Shown here: positions 37,857 to 47,735 of the stretch, one piece after another
Position numbering within the stretch: position 1 is the stretch's first letter
Layout: every line of letters starts with the position of its first letter
Assembly (NCBI GenBank): GCA_963826535.1
Contig: CAWGXL010000010.1
Span: forward strand, 362,814-426,813
DNA from: an uncultured bacterium
Lineage (GTDB): Bacteria; Patescibacteriota; Microgenomatia; Levybacterales; UBA12049
DNA length: 64,000 nt
Direction of reading: 5' to 3'
Notes under the pieces: generated by a model
Databases searched by the model: none
The model's input: only the letters and a program-made list of their open reading frames with translations
Told to the model about the DNA's origin: nothing
Translations under genes and position numbers: made by a program

Positions 37857-39611
37857 ATGAATCAAAAAATTCCTAAAAACCCAATTTTATTTGGTCTTTT
37901 ATTAAGTACGCTCCACAAAAAATGGGCGGTAAGTGCTGTAGTTTTCGTACTTTTGGCGACAGGACTAAGTAAATTTAATGTAATTGTTCTTCGCAATCTC
38001 ACTGATTCTATAGCGATGGACAATATTATATTGAATAATGTGTTGGTTTGGGCAAGTCTATACCCTTTAGTTTATTTAATTACACACTTAATATGGCGAC
38101 TCAGTGGATTTGCTGGGATCCGATGGTTTATGTACCTGAGAACATCTGCATACAAAATGCTTTACGAATATTTGACACTTCACAGCAAGGACTACTTCAA
38201 TAGCCGTTTTGCGGGATCACTTGCCAATAAAATATCTAATGCAGTTGACGGAACAGACAACCTTTTTATGTTAATCCTATGGGAATTCAAGCCTTTAGTT
38301 ATTGGATTACTTTGGTATATAAGCTTTACTTGGCTTAGCGATTGGCGGCTTGGTATAATAATTGCTATTTGGTCTGTGCTATTTCTTGGATTGAACTTCT
38401 GGTTTGCCAAAAAACTACAACCCTACTCCTTCAAATACGCCGAGTCGCTCTCTTCTCTCAGAGGAAGAATTGTAGATTCCCTGTCTAATATTTCTGTTGT
38501 ACAAGAAACTGCCCAATTAACAGGAGAGCGCAAGTACATAGAAAAATTTGTCAAAAAGGAACAGATTACCGGAATTGATCATTGGTATGTCAGTGAATGG
38601 ATACTAACAATAAACGGAATACTAATCTTCATATTCATATTTCTTATGATTGGAACATCTATTTTTCTTTTTCAAAATCAATTAGTTAGTATTGGTGTCG
38701 TCGTTATGGTCATAGCAATAGTAAGTGATCTCTCAAACCAGTTTCTCTTTATTGGACAGGAATTGAAAAATGCTGCGAGATACTATGGAGAAGCAAAGGA
38801 AGGGCTCGTAGAGATTTTAAGTGAGCATATTATTAAAGATAGCCCTGGTTCTTCAGATCTTAAATTGGAAAATGGAAATATTAATATTGAGTCAGTCGAC
38901 TTTAATTATGAAAATAAAATAGTATTTAATAATTTTTCACTAGACATCCCGGCAGGACAAAAGGTGGGTTTAGTTGGTAGAAGTGGCTCAGGAAAAACCA
39001 CTTTTGTTTCGCTATTACTCCGACACTATGATGTTCAGGAAGGTGCAATTAAAATTGACGGACAAAATATAATAAATGTAAAACTTGAAAGCTTAAGACG
39101 TGCTATATCATTTGTTCCTCAAGATACAAGCCTTTTCCATAGAACTATCAAAGAAAATATAAGCTACAGCAATCCGGATGCAACACAAGAAGAAATTTTG
39201 CGTGCTGCAAAACTGAGCCAGGCAGATGAATTTATAGTAAATCTTCCCCATGGATACAATACTCTTGTGGGAGAGCGTGGAGTAAAACTTTCAGGAGGAC
39301 AACGACAAAGAATTGCCATCGCCCGAGCTTTTCTGAAAAACTCACCAATTCTAATTCTTGATGAAGCAACAAGCAGTCTCGACAGCCAAAGCGAGCAAAT
39401 TATCCAGCTTTCAGTTGAAAAACTTATGAAAGGCCGGACAGTTATTGCAATAGCTCATAGATTATCCACTTTAAAAGAGATGGATAGAATAGTAGTTATT
39501 GAAAATGGAAAAATAGTTGAAGACGGTAATCCTGAAGAATTACTAAAAAAAATAAAAGGGAAATTCAGAAATATGTGGGATCATCAGGTAAAAGGATTTA
39601 TTATCGATTGA
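37857..39611 (+). CDS. ABC exporter, fused permease-ATPase (MsbA/type I exporter family)
   Basis: Six N-terminal TM; Walker A GRSGSGKTT, signature LSGGQRQR, Walker B ILILDEATS. Confidence 0.9.
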   Translation: MNQKIPKNPILFGLLLSTLHKKWAVSAVVFVLLATGLSKFNVIVLRNLTDSIAMDNIILNNVLVWASLYPLVYLITHLIWRLSGFAGIRWFMYLRTSAYKMLYEYLTLHSKDYFNSRFAGSLANKISNAVDGTDNLFMLILWEFKPLVIGLLWYISFTWLSDWRLGIIIAIWSVLFLGLNFWFAKKLQPYSFKYAESLSSLRGRIVDSLSNISVVQETAQLTGERKYIEKFVKKEQITGIDHWYVSEWILTINGILIFIFIFLMIGTSIFLFQNQLVSIGVVVMVIAIVSDLSNQFLFIGQELKNAARYYGEAKEGLVEILSEHIIKDSPGSSDLKLENGNINIESVDFNYENKIVFNNFSLDIPAGQKVGLVGRSGSGKTTFVSLLLRHYDVQEGAIKIDGQNIINVKLESLRRAISFVPQDTSLFHRTIKENISYSNPDATQEEILRAAKLSQADEFIVNLPHGYNTLVGERGVKLSGGQRQRIAIARAFLKNSPILILDEATSSLDSQSEQIIQLSVEKLMKGRTVIAIAHRLSTLKEMDRIVVIENGKIVEDGNPEELLKKIKGKFRNMWDHQVKGFIID

Positions 39612-39779
39612 TAATTCTGATTCAATTTATTTCTGACCTAGAACTAACTTGGCAGAATTAGAGCAACGTCCTGTAAAAGTAAAATTAGGATTTATGTAAA
39701 TATCTCAATGGTACTTTGCGTTGTAGATTGAATCCAAGGAAGAAGATTTTTCTTTGGATTTAAGGATTCACTCCCGGAT

Positions 39780-41429
39780 TTATTCTTTCACTACGGTTAC
39801 AACTTTCGTTTTTAGTTTGCCCTTTTTATCTTTATAAATATGGATATTCTTTTCCCATTGTTCAGATCGTTCTGGATAGTCAGATCGATAATGAGCACCC
39901 CTGCTCTCTTTTCGTTCAATTGCGCCAAGTATAACTGCTTCTGCTACTTCTAACATATTTTGTACTTCAATTGCTGCTTGTAATTCCTTAAGAGTTTTTG
40001 CAGTTAATTCTCTTGCTTTTTTTTCTAAATTTCTAATATCTTTCCCAGCTTCTTGTAGTTTTTTTTCATCCCGAATGATTCCAACTTTATCCCACATGAT
40101 TTGTTTAATCTTTTTCATAATATCTTGTGGTTGTGTCCCGGTTTGTCGACGTAGAAAAGATTGTAATCGTTTCACTTCTGATGTAATCATACTCCCAGGG
40201 ATATCAACAAGTGTTTGTGATTTTACGTAATCTGAAGTTCGTTTGCCCGCACGACAGCCGAATACTTGCCCTTCAGCAAGAGAATTTCCACCCAAACGAT
40301 TAGCGCCATGAACATTTGTTGTTACTTCACCTACTGCGTATAATCCGTTAACAATTGTTTCCCCCCATTCATTAATTACAATGCCGCCCATAAAGTGATG
40401 CATTGATGGCGCAATCTCCATCATTTGTTTTCTAATATCTATACCAACTGCTATATGCTCTTCAAACACATCAGGAATAAGTTTTTCTGCTTTTCCCTTT
40501 TCCCAATGTGTTATATCAAGATATACACCTCCATGCCCAGTTCCTCTTCCTTCTTTGATCTCTTGAAGAATTGCGCGTGTTACCTCATCCCGCCCTGCAA
40601 GCTCCATCCTTTCCGGTTGATATCGTTTCATAAATCGTTCACCATTTTTATTTTTTAAAATACCACCATTCCCCCGGACTTTTTCTGTTATAAGCGTTCC
40701 TCTTTTTTCAGGTGGCCATGCCATACCTGTTGGATGAAACTGAATCATTTCCATATCAGAAAGTTCGCATCCTACTCCGAGTCCCCATGCATACCCTTCG
40801 CCAGTATTACTTGGCGCGTTGGTGTTTATTAAATACATTTGTCCCGCACCGCCTGATGCAACAATTGTTGCTTTTGCTTCTACTACTTTTTGTTGTCCTG
40901 TTTTTTGATCAAATAAAAATGCGCCTGCAACTTTGTTATCTACTTTAAATAATTTCGTGACAAAATGATTTTCCAAGCGAGGTATTTTCCGTTTATTAAG
41001 TTCTGCTAATAGTCCTGCCATCATCTCGCGTCCGGTATAATCTCCTGCGCATATATTTAGTGGTGCAGAATGTTTTCCGCCTGCCCAGGTAAAATATGTC
41101 CCATCCGGCAATCGATCAAATTGTACGCCAAAACTTTCTAAATCACGAATACGATCCGGCATTTCATCAGTAAATATTTTTGCCATTTTATAATTATTAA
41201 TAAACCATCCGCCTTTAATCGTATCTTGGTAATGTTGTCCAGGAGTTGCCGGTGCTTTCAATGCTACATTAAGTCCTCCCATTGCCATTGAGGTATGAGC
41301 TTCTTTAAGAAATTCCTTTGCAACAACCAAAACTTTTGCTCCGGATTTTGCAGCTTCAATAGTTGCCCGAAGTCCCGATCCGCCAGAACCAATAATAAGG
41401 ATATCTGTCTTTATTTTTACAATTTGCAT
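39780..41429 (-). CDS. FAD-dependent oxidoreductase of the succinate dehydrogenase/fumarate reductase flavoprotein / L-aspartate oxidase family
   Basis: N-terminal GSGGSGLRA dinucleotide fold; AHTSMAMGG His site; C-terminal ESRGAHYRSDYPERSEQW. Confidence 0.8.
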   Translation of the reverse strand: MQIVKIKTDILIIGSGGSGLRATIEAAKSGAKVLVVAKEFLKEAHTSMAMGGLNVALKAPATPGQHYQDTIKGGWFINNYKMAKIFTDEMPDRIRDLESFGVQFDRLPDGTYFTWAGGKHSAPLNICAGDYTGREMMAGLLAELNKRKIPRLENHFVTKLFKVDNKVAGAFLFDQKTGQQKVVEAKATIVASGGAGQMYLINTNAPSNTGEGYAWGLGVGCELSDMEMIQFHPTGMAWPPEKRGTLITEKVRGNGGILKNKNGERFMKRYQPERMELAGRDEVTRAILQEIKEGRGTGHGGVYLDITHWEKGKAEKLIPDVFEEHIAVGIDIRKQMMEIAPSMHHFMGGIVINEWGETIVNGLYAVGEVTTNVHGANRLGGNSLAEGQVFGCRAGKRTSDYVKSQTLVDIPGSMITSEVKRLQSFLRRQTGTQPQDIMKKIKQIMWDKVGIIRDEKKLQEAGKDIRNLEKKARELTAKTLKELQAAIEVQNMLEVAEAVILGAIERKESRGAHYRSDYPERSEQWEKNIHIYKDKKGKLKTKVVTVVKE

Positions 41430-41587
41430 AAAAATTTAATTTAGTATATCAGTTTTTTTAATATTTTTCAGGAATAAAATGTCTTTCATGATTATAGTTT
41501 CATCACTATTTTTTGCTCAACCGCCATAAAATAAAAGAAGGGTTCCTCTCCCACAAAACCTAAAGCTTTTAATATTTTGTTACAATT

Positions 41588-41800
41588 TGATATAATCTCC
41601 ATACTTTATTGTAGAAGTACCTTTAGACTCACGCATCCATGAAAATTTAGCGCAGTATGGCAAGATTGGCGGGGGAGTAGAAACTCACCTTCTTGCCTCA
41701 TCGGAGTTCTTCCTTGCTCGGCACGATCTTGCAAAACCGGATGGTTCTTTACGTTACGAAATAACCCAAGCCAATGGTCTTACTTTTTTAACTGATCCAG
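41588..41800 (+). ncRNA. Candidate small structured RNA downstream of an extended -10 promoter (TGaTATAAT at 41588..41596)
   Basis: No ORF over 10 codons; GC-rich with nested helices (GGCAAGA...TCTTGCC; GGGGAGT/ACTCACC; alternative GCAAGAT/ATCTTGC); ends in a U-rich tract at about 41790. Confidence 0.3.
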
Positions 41801-41949
41801 AAAAACCCGAATTAAAACCAGGAGAAATGTCAGTATATCCATACACAGATGAAGCTACAATGTTGTTAGGAATGACAACGCCAATAAAAAGTATCCGGGG
41901 CAAACGACAGGATTGCGGCTCAGTATCAGGAAAAATTAAATTTACTATA

Positions 41950-42204
41950 CTAAGTGCCTCGATGAAGCATCCGTCCAATCCAGATAACAATACATGCACC
42001 AATCACCGCAACAACAAAACTATAGAGATCAAAGCCAGTTACACCAGGTTGACCAAACGTATTAAAGAGCCATCCGCCGACGATTGCACCAATAATACCC
42101 ATAATAATATCCATCAACATCCCTTGACTGGCATTTGTTTTCATAATGACCGAAGCGATCCATCCTGCAACCGCGCCAAAAATGATCCACACTAGAAAAT
42201 TCAT
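41950..42204 (-). CDS. GlsB/YeaQ/YmgE family (transglycosylase-associated) small membrane protein
   Basis: 84 aa, three TM, GxxxG-rich; SD AAGGAGGTG upstream. Confidence 0.75.
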   Translation of the reverse strand: MNFLVWIIFGAVAGWIASVIMKTNASQGMLMDIIMGIIGAIVGGWLFNTFGQPGVTGFDLYSFVVAVIGACIVIWIGRMLHRGT

Positions 42205-42274
42205 AAAATAATCACCTCCTTTCTATACATTTTGATTTTTAATATACATGAGCTATATATAAATGTTGTAAGAA

Positions 42275-43873
42275 TTATGTTAATGTTGTGTTAGTTCTTT
42301 TTAGAAGTAAGCCTCGTCTTCCAATGGGCAATGAGAAGCAAAAAATCGAACCTTTGCCTTTCTCACTATTTACCCAAATTCGACCTTTATGCCTCTTGAT
42401 TATTTCTGCACAAATATACAAACCCAAGCCTAAACCGGGATAAATTTGCTGACCATCACCATTGACTCGATGAAGTCTATCAAAGACTTTCTTCTGATCT
42501 TCTTTAGAAACTCCAATACCAAAATCCTGAACACCCAGCGTTATATATTCTTTTTCCAATATTATCTTAATAATAATCTTATTTGAGCGGGGAGAATATT
42601 TTATTGCATTAGATATAAGATTAGTTATCACTTGGCCAATTCGATCACGATCCCCATTAATATTCTTCGTTTTTGCAAACTCTTTCATTATTTTATGATT
42701 ATTAGTAGTATGTTGCATCTCCTCAATAATCTCTGATACAAGTTCATTAAAATCAAATCTCACTTCCCGAAATTGGAGTTTTCCCTCTTCGATTCTAGTA
42801 ACATCTAATAGATCTGAAATTAGTTTTGTTAACTTATCAATTTGCAGATTCATCTTTGTAATAAGCTCAGCTGATTTCTTATCATTAAGTTTTAAAAACC
42901 TCTTCTGCAGAAATTGAGTGTATGCCTTTACACTTGTGATCGGTGTTTTTAATTCATGAGAAGCAATCCCTATAAATTCATCCTTTTGGCGCTCAAGAGT
43001 CTTCCGTCTTTCTATTTCGGCTTCAAGCGACCTTGCCTTTTGCTGCAATAAAGTAATAGCACGAAGACGGGAATCTGTACTTTCAAGTGATGCATAACTT
43101 TCATCAGGCAACACTCCGGAATGCTGTACGCAAATTTCTGAAAATGGCGCCGTATGAGCATTACCACCAAAACCCTTCATAGGATAAGCACAAAAAAGTG
43201 AAAATGAAAAAGCTTTACTTATTTCATTCCAAAGATCTTCTAAACGAATTGCTGCAGCTTTATTACCTTGCGCCCAAAGGATTGCTACCATTTCGCCAAA
43301 AATCCGCACACTATGCCTGCCAATTGTGGCTCGTGTGATAACACCCCCAATCGTTTCATAAAACCGCTTTGGATCTGGCATACCACCAACCATAAATTTA
43401 CCCATTGTCTCTGCCGCATCCAATGAGATATATTTATCCGTTGCTATAGACTCATCTAAATTTAGACCAATATTTTCTAGACCTTTCTTCAATTTTGCCC
43501 GGTGCTCCGGAGTTGCGACAACTATTGCAGCATCAGCATCTCTAATAAAATCCCTTATAGAGTTTATAAGAAAAGCATCACTATCATAAAATTGTACAAG
43601 GTGTGAAGTATCCTGGATCTCACTGAAAACCGAGTTCGGGGTAAAAAGATTAGTGGTTCCGTTAGATATATTGCTTTTTGTTAAACCCGAATTTACCATT
43701 AGCATTAATTCATCTTTGGTAAAACGCCAATCTCCCCGTGATCCAACTTTAACACCTTGTAACCGGTTTTCTTGAGCCCATCTTCGAATAGTTCCTGGAT
43801 TAACGTTTAGATATCCAGCAGCTTGAGGTACAGTAAGTAGTTTAGTAGAAATATTATCTTTATTGACTGGCAT
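42275..43873 (-). CDS. Fusion protein: N-terminal excisionase/MerR-type HTH, MEDS sensory domain, HisKA, HATPase_c histidine kinase
   Basis: LLTVPQAAGYLNVNPGTIRRWA HTH; HLVQFYDSDAFL MEDS signature; H-box IASHELKTPIT; G-box GLGLGLYICAEII. Confidence 0.7.
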   Translation of the reverse strand: MPVNKDNISTKLLTVPQAAGYLNVNPGTIRRWAQENRLQGVKVGSRGDWRFTKDELMLMVNSGLTKSNISNGTTNLFTPNSVFSEIQDTSHLVQFYDSDAFLINSIRDFIRDADAAIVVATPEHRAKLKKGLENIGLNLDESIATDKYISLDAAETMGKFMVGGMPDPKRFYETIGGVITRATIGRHSVRIFGEMVAILWAQGNKAAAIRLEDLWNEISKAFSFSLFCAYPMKGFGGNAHTAPFSEICVQHSGVLPDESYASLESTDSRLRAITLLQQKARSLEAEIERRKTLERQKDEFIGIASHELKTPITSVKAYTQFLQKRFLKLNDKKSAELITKMNLQIDKLTKLISDLLDVTRIEEGKLQFREVRFDFNELVSEIIEEMQHTTNNHKIMKEFAKTKNINGDRDRIGQVITNLISNAIKYSPRSNKIIIKIILEKEYITLGVQDFGIGVSKEDQKKVFDRLHRVNGDGQQIYPGLGLGLYICAEIIKRHKGRIWVNSEKGKGSIFCFSLPIGRRGLLLKRTNTTLT

Positions 43874-43996
43874 TTACTTACCTAGAGTACCATTTAATCA
43901 CACACTATGCAAGATAACAAACCCGGTCAATTTAAATAAATGAACAATTACTGAAAGTTTCTTTGCATTGCTGAAAATCCATGTTATAATTTTTAT

Positions 43997-44449
43997 ATGT
44001 TAAAACAACAACTACGGGATGAATTAAAAAAATCAATGCTTGCCAGAGAAACAGTTAATACTTCGGTATTGCGGATGACACTTTCTGCAGTGGGTTATTA
44101 TGAGACTCAAAAGGGAGGCGCAGGTTATGAAGCAACGGATGAGGATGTTTTAATTGTCATACAGAAAGAAGTTAAGCAACATAGAGATTCAATTGAACAA
44201 TTCACAGCCGGTGGTAGACAGGATTTAGTTGATAAGGAGACTAAAGAACTCGAAATTCTACAAAAATATTTACCTGCGCAAATGAGTGAAGCAGAAGTAA
44301 AAAAATTAGTTGTTGAAGCAGTCAAAAAAACAGGAGCAGTCTCAATCACCGATATGGGTAAAGTAATGGGTACATTGATGCCAAAAGTAAAAGGTAAAGC
44401 CGATGGGGGATTGGTAAGTAAATTGGTAAGAGAAGAATTGGCAAAGTAG
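43997..44449 (+). CDS. GatB/YqeY domain protein
   Basis: 150 aa; LKKSMLARET...VLRMTLSAV...KEVKQHRDSIEQF...KGKADGGLVSKLVREEL typical of YqeY. Confidence 0.75.
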   Translation: MLKQQLRDELKKSMLARETVNTSVLRMTLSAVGYYETQKGGAGYEATDEDVLIVIQKEVKQHRDSIEQFTAGGRQDLVDKETKELEILQKYLPAQMSEAEVKKLVVEAVKKTGAVSITDMGKVMGTLMPKVKGKADGGLVSKLVREELAK

Positions 44450-44452
44450 CAA

Positions 44453-44836
44453 TTATCTAAATAAATTTTTTATCTTCTGCAAAAAAGATAGCCTGCCACT
44501 ACTATCTTGACTGGCATTTTGTTCTACTTGAATAACCTGCTCCACTGTTGACGGCGGCGTAGGTTGTCCGTTTTGTAAAGCTCCAACTATTTGCTGAAAT
44601 TGTTGTGGAAAAACCTGCGCTGACTGTCCGGTAGCTTTCTGCACAACGCCATTTTTAAAAAGTTCTCCAATGGTCATATTCATAAGTTTATTATTGCCGG
44701 TCATCTTAAGGAGCTCCTGAAGCTGATGCGGACCGATTTGCATAGCCTGCATTACTACCCCTTGAGCTTGATTATTGTTCTGTAATATTTCTCCAAGAGT
44801 TTTATTCAATATTTGCGGTTTCGCTTCGTCGGCCAT
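44453..44836 (-). CDS. Hypothetical Gln-rich protein downstream of secF
   Basis: Start placed at MADEAKPQ to abut the secF stop; low complexity. Confidence 0.35.
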   Translation of the reverse strand: MADEAKPQILNKTLGEILQNNNQAQGVVMQAMQIGPHQLQELLKMTGNNKLMNMTIGELFKNGVVQKATGQSAQVFPQQFQQIVGALQNGQPTPPSTVEQVIQVEQNASQDSSGRLSFLQKIKNLFR

Positions 44837-44846
44837 ATAACTATTA

Positions 44847-45758
44847 TTACACAATTTTCTTTTTTCGTCTTGTGTCAAATTCTTCCCATGCGACCAGCAG
44901 GGCAGACGCATTAAATATCGAAGAGTATGTCCCGCTTCCAATACCGATCAGGAGGGCTACAATAAACCAGCGAAGAGTTTCGCCACCAAATATTAATAAT
45001 GTAAACAATACAAGCATAGCTGTAAGTGATGTATTTAAAGACCGGGTCAATGTCTGAAGAATTGAATTATTAACAATTTGTGCAAATCGCAAATCAGTAG
45101 ATAGTCTTAGATTTTCTCGAATTCGGTCGAACACCACAATTGTGTCATGCACGGAAAATCCAATTACTGTGAGTAGCGCAGTAACGAATAAACTATCAAT
45201 TTCCACTTTGAGGTAATGGCCAAGAATAGAAAAAATTCCAACCACTACCAGCGCGTCGTGAATAAGCGCGATTATGGCGCAGATTCCAAACTTCCAGCTG
45301 CTTGTCGGTTTAGGTACTTTGCGGAATGACCAGGCTATATAAAACACTATCAAAACAGAAGCTAGCAAAACAGCTTTTATTGCATTCGATGCAGTTTCTC
45401 CACCAATAGTGGGTCCAATTGTCTCGAATTCTTCCTGCTTTATCTGTTTAACTTTAATTTGTAGTTTTTTTACTAAATTAGCATTTTGTTTTTCGTCAAT
45501 TGGCTTGGTCCTTATAATAAGTTTATTGTCGGACGACTGAGTAGTAACTACATCTATTTTTTCTTCAGTGAAAGTACTTTTAACTATATTTTGCGTCTGC
45601 TCATTAATAGTTTTGGGGAATAATAATATCATTCGGGTGCCCCCTGTAAAATCAATTGATAAATTAAGTCCCCAAACAAACAATGAAACGACACCTGGTA
45701 TTATTACCAGAAGAGAAAACAGAAAGTACCAATTTTTTTTGCCTATAATGTCTAACAT
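44847..45758 (-). CDS. secF: Protein translocase subunit SecF
   Basis: Six TM with periplasmic loop; directly follows secD. Confidence 0.85.
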   Translation of the reverse strand: MLDIIGKKNWYFLFSLLVIIPGVVSLFVWGLNLSIDFTGGTRMILLFPKTINEQTQNIVKSTFTEEKIDVVTTQSSDNKLIIRTKPIDEKQNANLVKKLQIKVKQIKQEEFETIGPTIGGETASNAIKAVLLASVLIVFYIAWSFRKVPKPTSSWKFGICAIIALIHDALVVVGIFSILGHYLKVEIDSLFVTALLTVIGFSVHDTIVVFDRIRENLRLSTDLRFAQIVNNSILQTLTRSLNTSLTAMLVLFTLLIFGGETLRWFIVALLIGIGSGTYSSIFNASALLVAWEEFDTRRKKKIV

Positions 45759-45765
45759 AATTTTT

Positions 45766-47145
45766 CTATCTTGATAACGCTTTATTTTTATAAAACACTT
45801 TTAAGAAAGTTTTAGTTACAAAAATTGCCGAAAACATTGATACTATTATTCCAAGTGCCAAAGTCAACGCAAACCCCCGGACTATACCTGTGCCAAAATA
45901 ATATAATATTGCACAAGTTATTAAACTTGAAATGTTTGAATCGCGGATAGACGGCCATGCACGCACGAATCCTAGATTGATCGCCATATCCCTCGCCCTT
46001 CCGCGGCGTATTTCCTCCTTCATTCTCTCAAAAATCAAAATGTTTGCGTCTACCGCAATTCCAATTGATAAGATTAGACCGGCAATACCTGCAAGAGTCA
46101 AAGTTATGGGAATTAATCTAAATAATGACAAAAGAAGTAATGTATAAATTGCCAGGGCAAAACAAGCTACAATTCCTGGCTTTCCGTATAAGCTAATCAT
46201 GAAAATAATAATAACTAAAAAACCAATAAATCCTGCCAGTAAGCTTCTTTCCAGTGACGATTGCCCAAGTGTCGCCCCAATAGCTTGTTGCCGTAGTACT
46301 GAAAGTGAAACAGGTAAGGCACCCGCATTGAGTTGGATCTGCACCGTTTTAGCTTGTTCCGTTGTGAATTCACCTGTTATAACTGCGTTTCCTCCAAAAA
46401 TCGGCTCATTGACACGCGGAGCTTCAATTACTTGATTATCCAATGCAATTGCTACAATTTTTCCTACATTACGCTTAGTTATATCTGCAAATTTTTTTGC
46501 GCCATTACTTGTGAATGTCAATTGAACTTGAGGCTTACCTGAATTCTCATTGAAACTAACAGCTGCATTTTGCAAATCAGATCCTGTCAAATTTGTCTGC
46601 TTAGGATTCTCAAAAAGCTGCTGTATTCCTAAAGGAAGATCTGCTGAAGGAGAAGCCGTATTAACTTTAAGCTGGGCTGAACCACTTGCTACATCTTCCC
46701 AAAAAGTAAGCTTAGCTGTTTTCCCAATTAAACTAATTGCAGCATTGGCATCTGTTACTCCCGGAATTTCAACAATTATTCGATAATCACTACTGACACG
46801 CGAAGTTTGAACAATTGGTTCGGATACCCCCAAAAAATTGACTCTTTTCTCGATAACTGTTTTTGCTGATTCGAGTGCATTATCACGCTGAGAATCGTCA
46901 ACACCCTTCATATCTGCCTTTAGGGTTACACTGGTGCCTCCCTGTAAATCTAACCCTTTTCGAAAAGTTAGGTCTCTATTTAAATTTATACCTTCAAAAT
47001 TCCAGTGGATGGAGGTTTTTTGGTTTTGACCTGGAAGCTTTGGTAATTCAAAATTAAAAGCATATGGCTGAGCCAAATTTATAACTATTGCGGCTATGAA
47101 CAGGATTGCGATTATTACGAAGTAGATCCCGTCATTTCTCTTCAT
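45766..47145 (-). CDS. secD: Protein translocase subunit SecD
   Basis: 459 aa; large periplasmic domain + C-terminal six-TM bundle (ALDANILIFERMKEE). Confidence 0.85.
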   Translation of the reverse strand: MKRNDGIYFVIIAILFIAAIVINLAQPYAFNFELPKLPGQNQKTSIHWNFEGINLNRDLTFRKGLDLQGGTSVTLKADMKGVDDSQRDNALESAKTVIEKRVNFLGVSEPIVQTSRVSSDYRIIVEIPGVTDANAAISLIGKTAKLTFWEDVASGSAQLKVNTASPSADLPLGIQQLFENPKQTNLTGSDLQNAAVSFNENSGKPQVQLTFTSNGAKKFADITKRNVGKIVAIALDNQVIEAPRVNEPIFGGNAVITGEFTTEQAKTVQIQLNAGALPVSLSVLRQQAIGATLGQSSLERSLLAGFIGFLVIIIFMISLYGKPGIVACFALAIYTLLLLSLFRLIPITLTLAGIAGLILSIGIAVDANILIFERMKEEIRRGRARDMAINLGFVRAWPSIRDSNISSLITCAILYYFGTGIVRGFALTLALGIIVSMFSAIFVTKTFLKVFYKNKALSR

Positions 47146-47717
47146 GAAACCATAGCCTCCTCATCACCAATCAGCATTACTCGTGTTCCCGATAAAATAG
47201 ATACCAGAAATGGATCATTTCTTTGTTTCCGGAATTTGAATTCCTCCTCAGTCATAGCTGTATAATTAATTTCTGTGCCACGTCTTGTTTCTTCATTGCG
47301 CACCAATATGGCAAGCTCCGGTAGTACTATTGTACCGACTACTATGAAGTCTACTTCCTCCGGTGATTGCTTTATCCTCCTTGCGTACTTCCCGGAAAAC
47401 ATTGCATATTTAATTTTTCCTAATTTTGCGCGGTTTTTTAGGATCTGAGCCCCAAGACCGATTGTTTTGGCTCCTATTTTTAGTAAATCATAATAAAATG
47501 GGTAATCTTTGGAGAGGGAATAATAAACTCTATTTGCTCTTGGCTCTCTATTAAATATTCCCTTTTTTTCAAGAAAGATGAGTTCACGTCTTACTGCATT
47601 GATTTCCTCTTCTGTTCTCCTCACACACTCTCGCACATGTAGCATCTCATGAGGATTGCTCAAAAAAACATTCAATAATTTTACACGAGTTTTTGATGTG
47701 ATAATGTCGGATAACAT
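47142..47717 (-). CDS. Winged-helix DNA-binding protein with an uncharacterised C-terminal domain
   Basis: N-terminal wHTH (TRVKLLNVFLSNPHEMLHVRECVRRT...); ATGA overlap with secD. Confidence 0.45.
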   Translation of the reverse strand: MLSDIITSKTRVKLLNVFLSNPHEMLHVRECVRRTEEEINAVRRELIFLEKKGIFNREPRANRVYYSLSKDYPFYYDLLKIGAKTIGLGAQILKNRAKLGKIKYAMFSGKYARRIKQSPEEVDFIVVGTIVLPELAILVRNEETRRGTEINYTAMTEEEFKFRKQRNDPFLVSILSGTRVMLIGDEEAMVS

Positions 47718-47735
47718 GTGAACATTATATCAATT

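Noticed and set aside
41600-41800. SRP (4.5S) RNA
   Set aside because: Only an AAGGAAG fragment on the reverse strand resembles the domain IV motif. The GGUGCUGUUUACC and GUCAGGUCCGG elements are missing.
41827-42195. 122-aa plus-strand ORF and 82-aa minus ORF 41754..42002
   Set aside because: Both overlap the well-supported glsB/yeaQ gene in other frames. Low-complexity translations.
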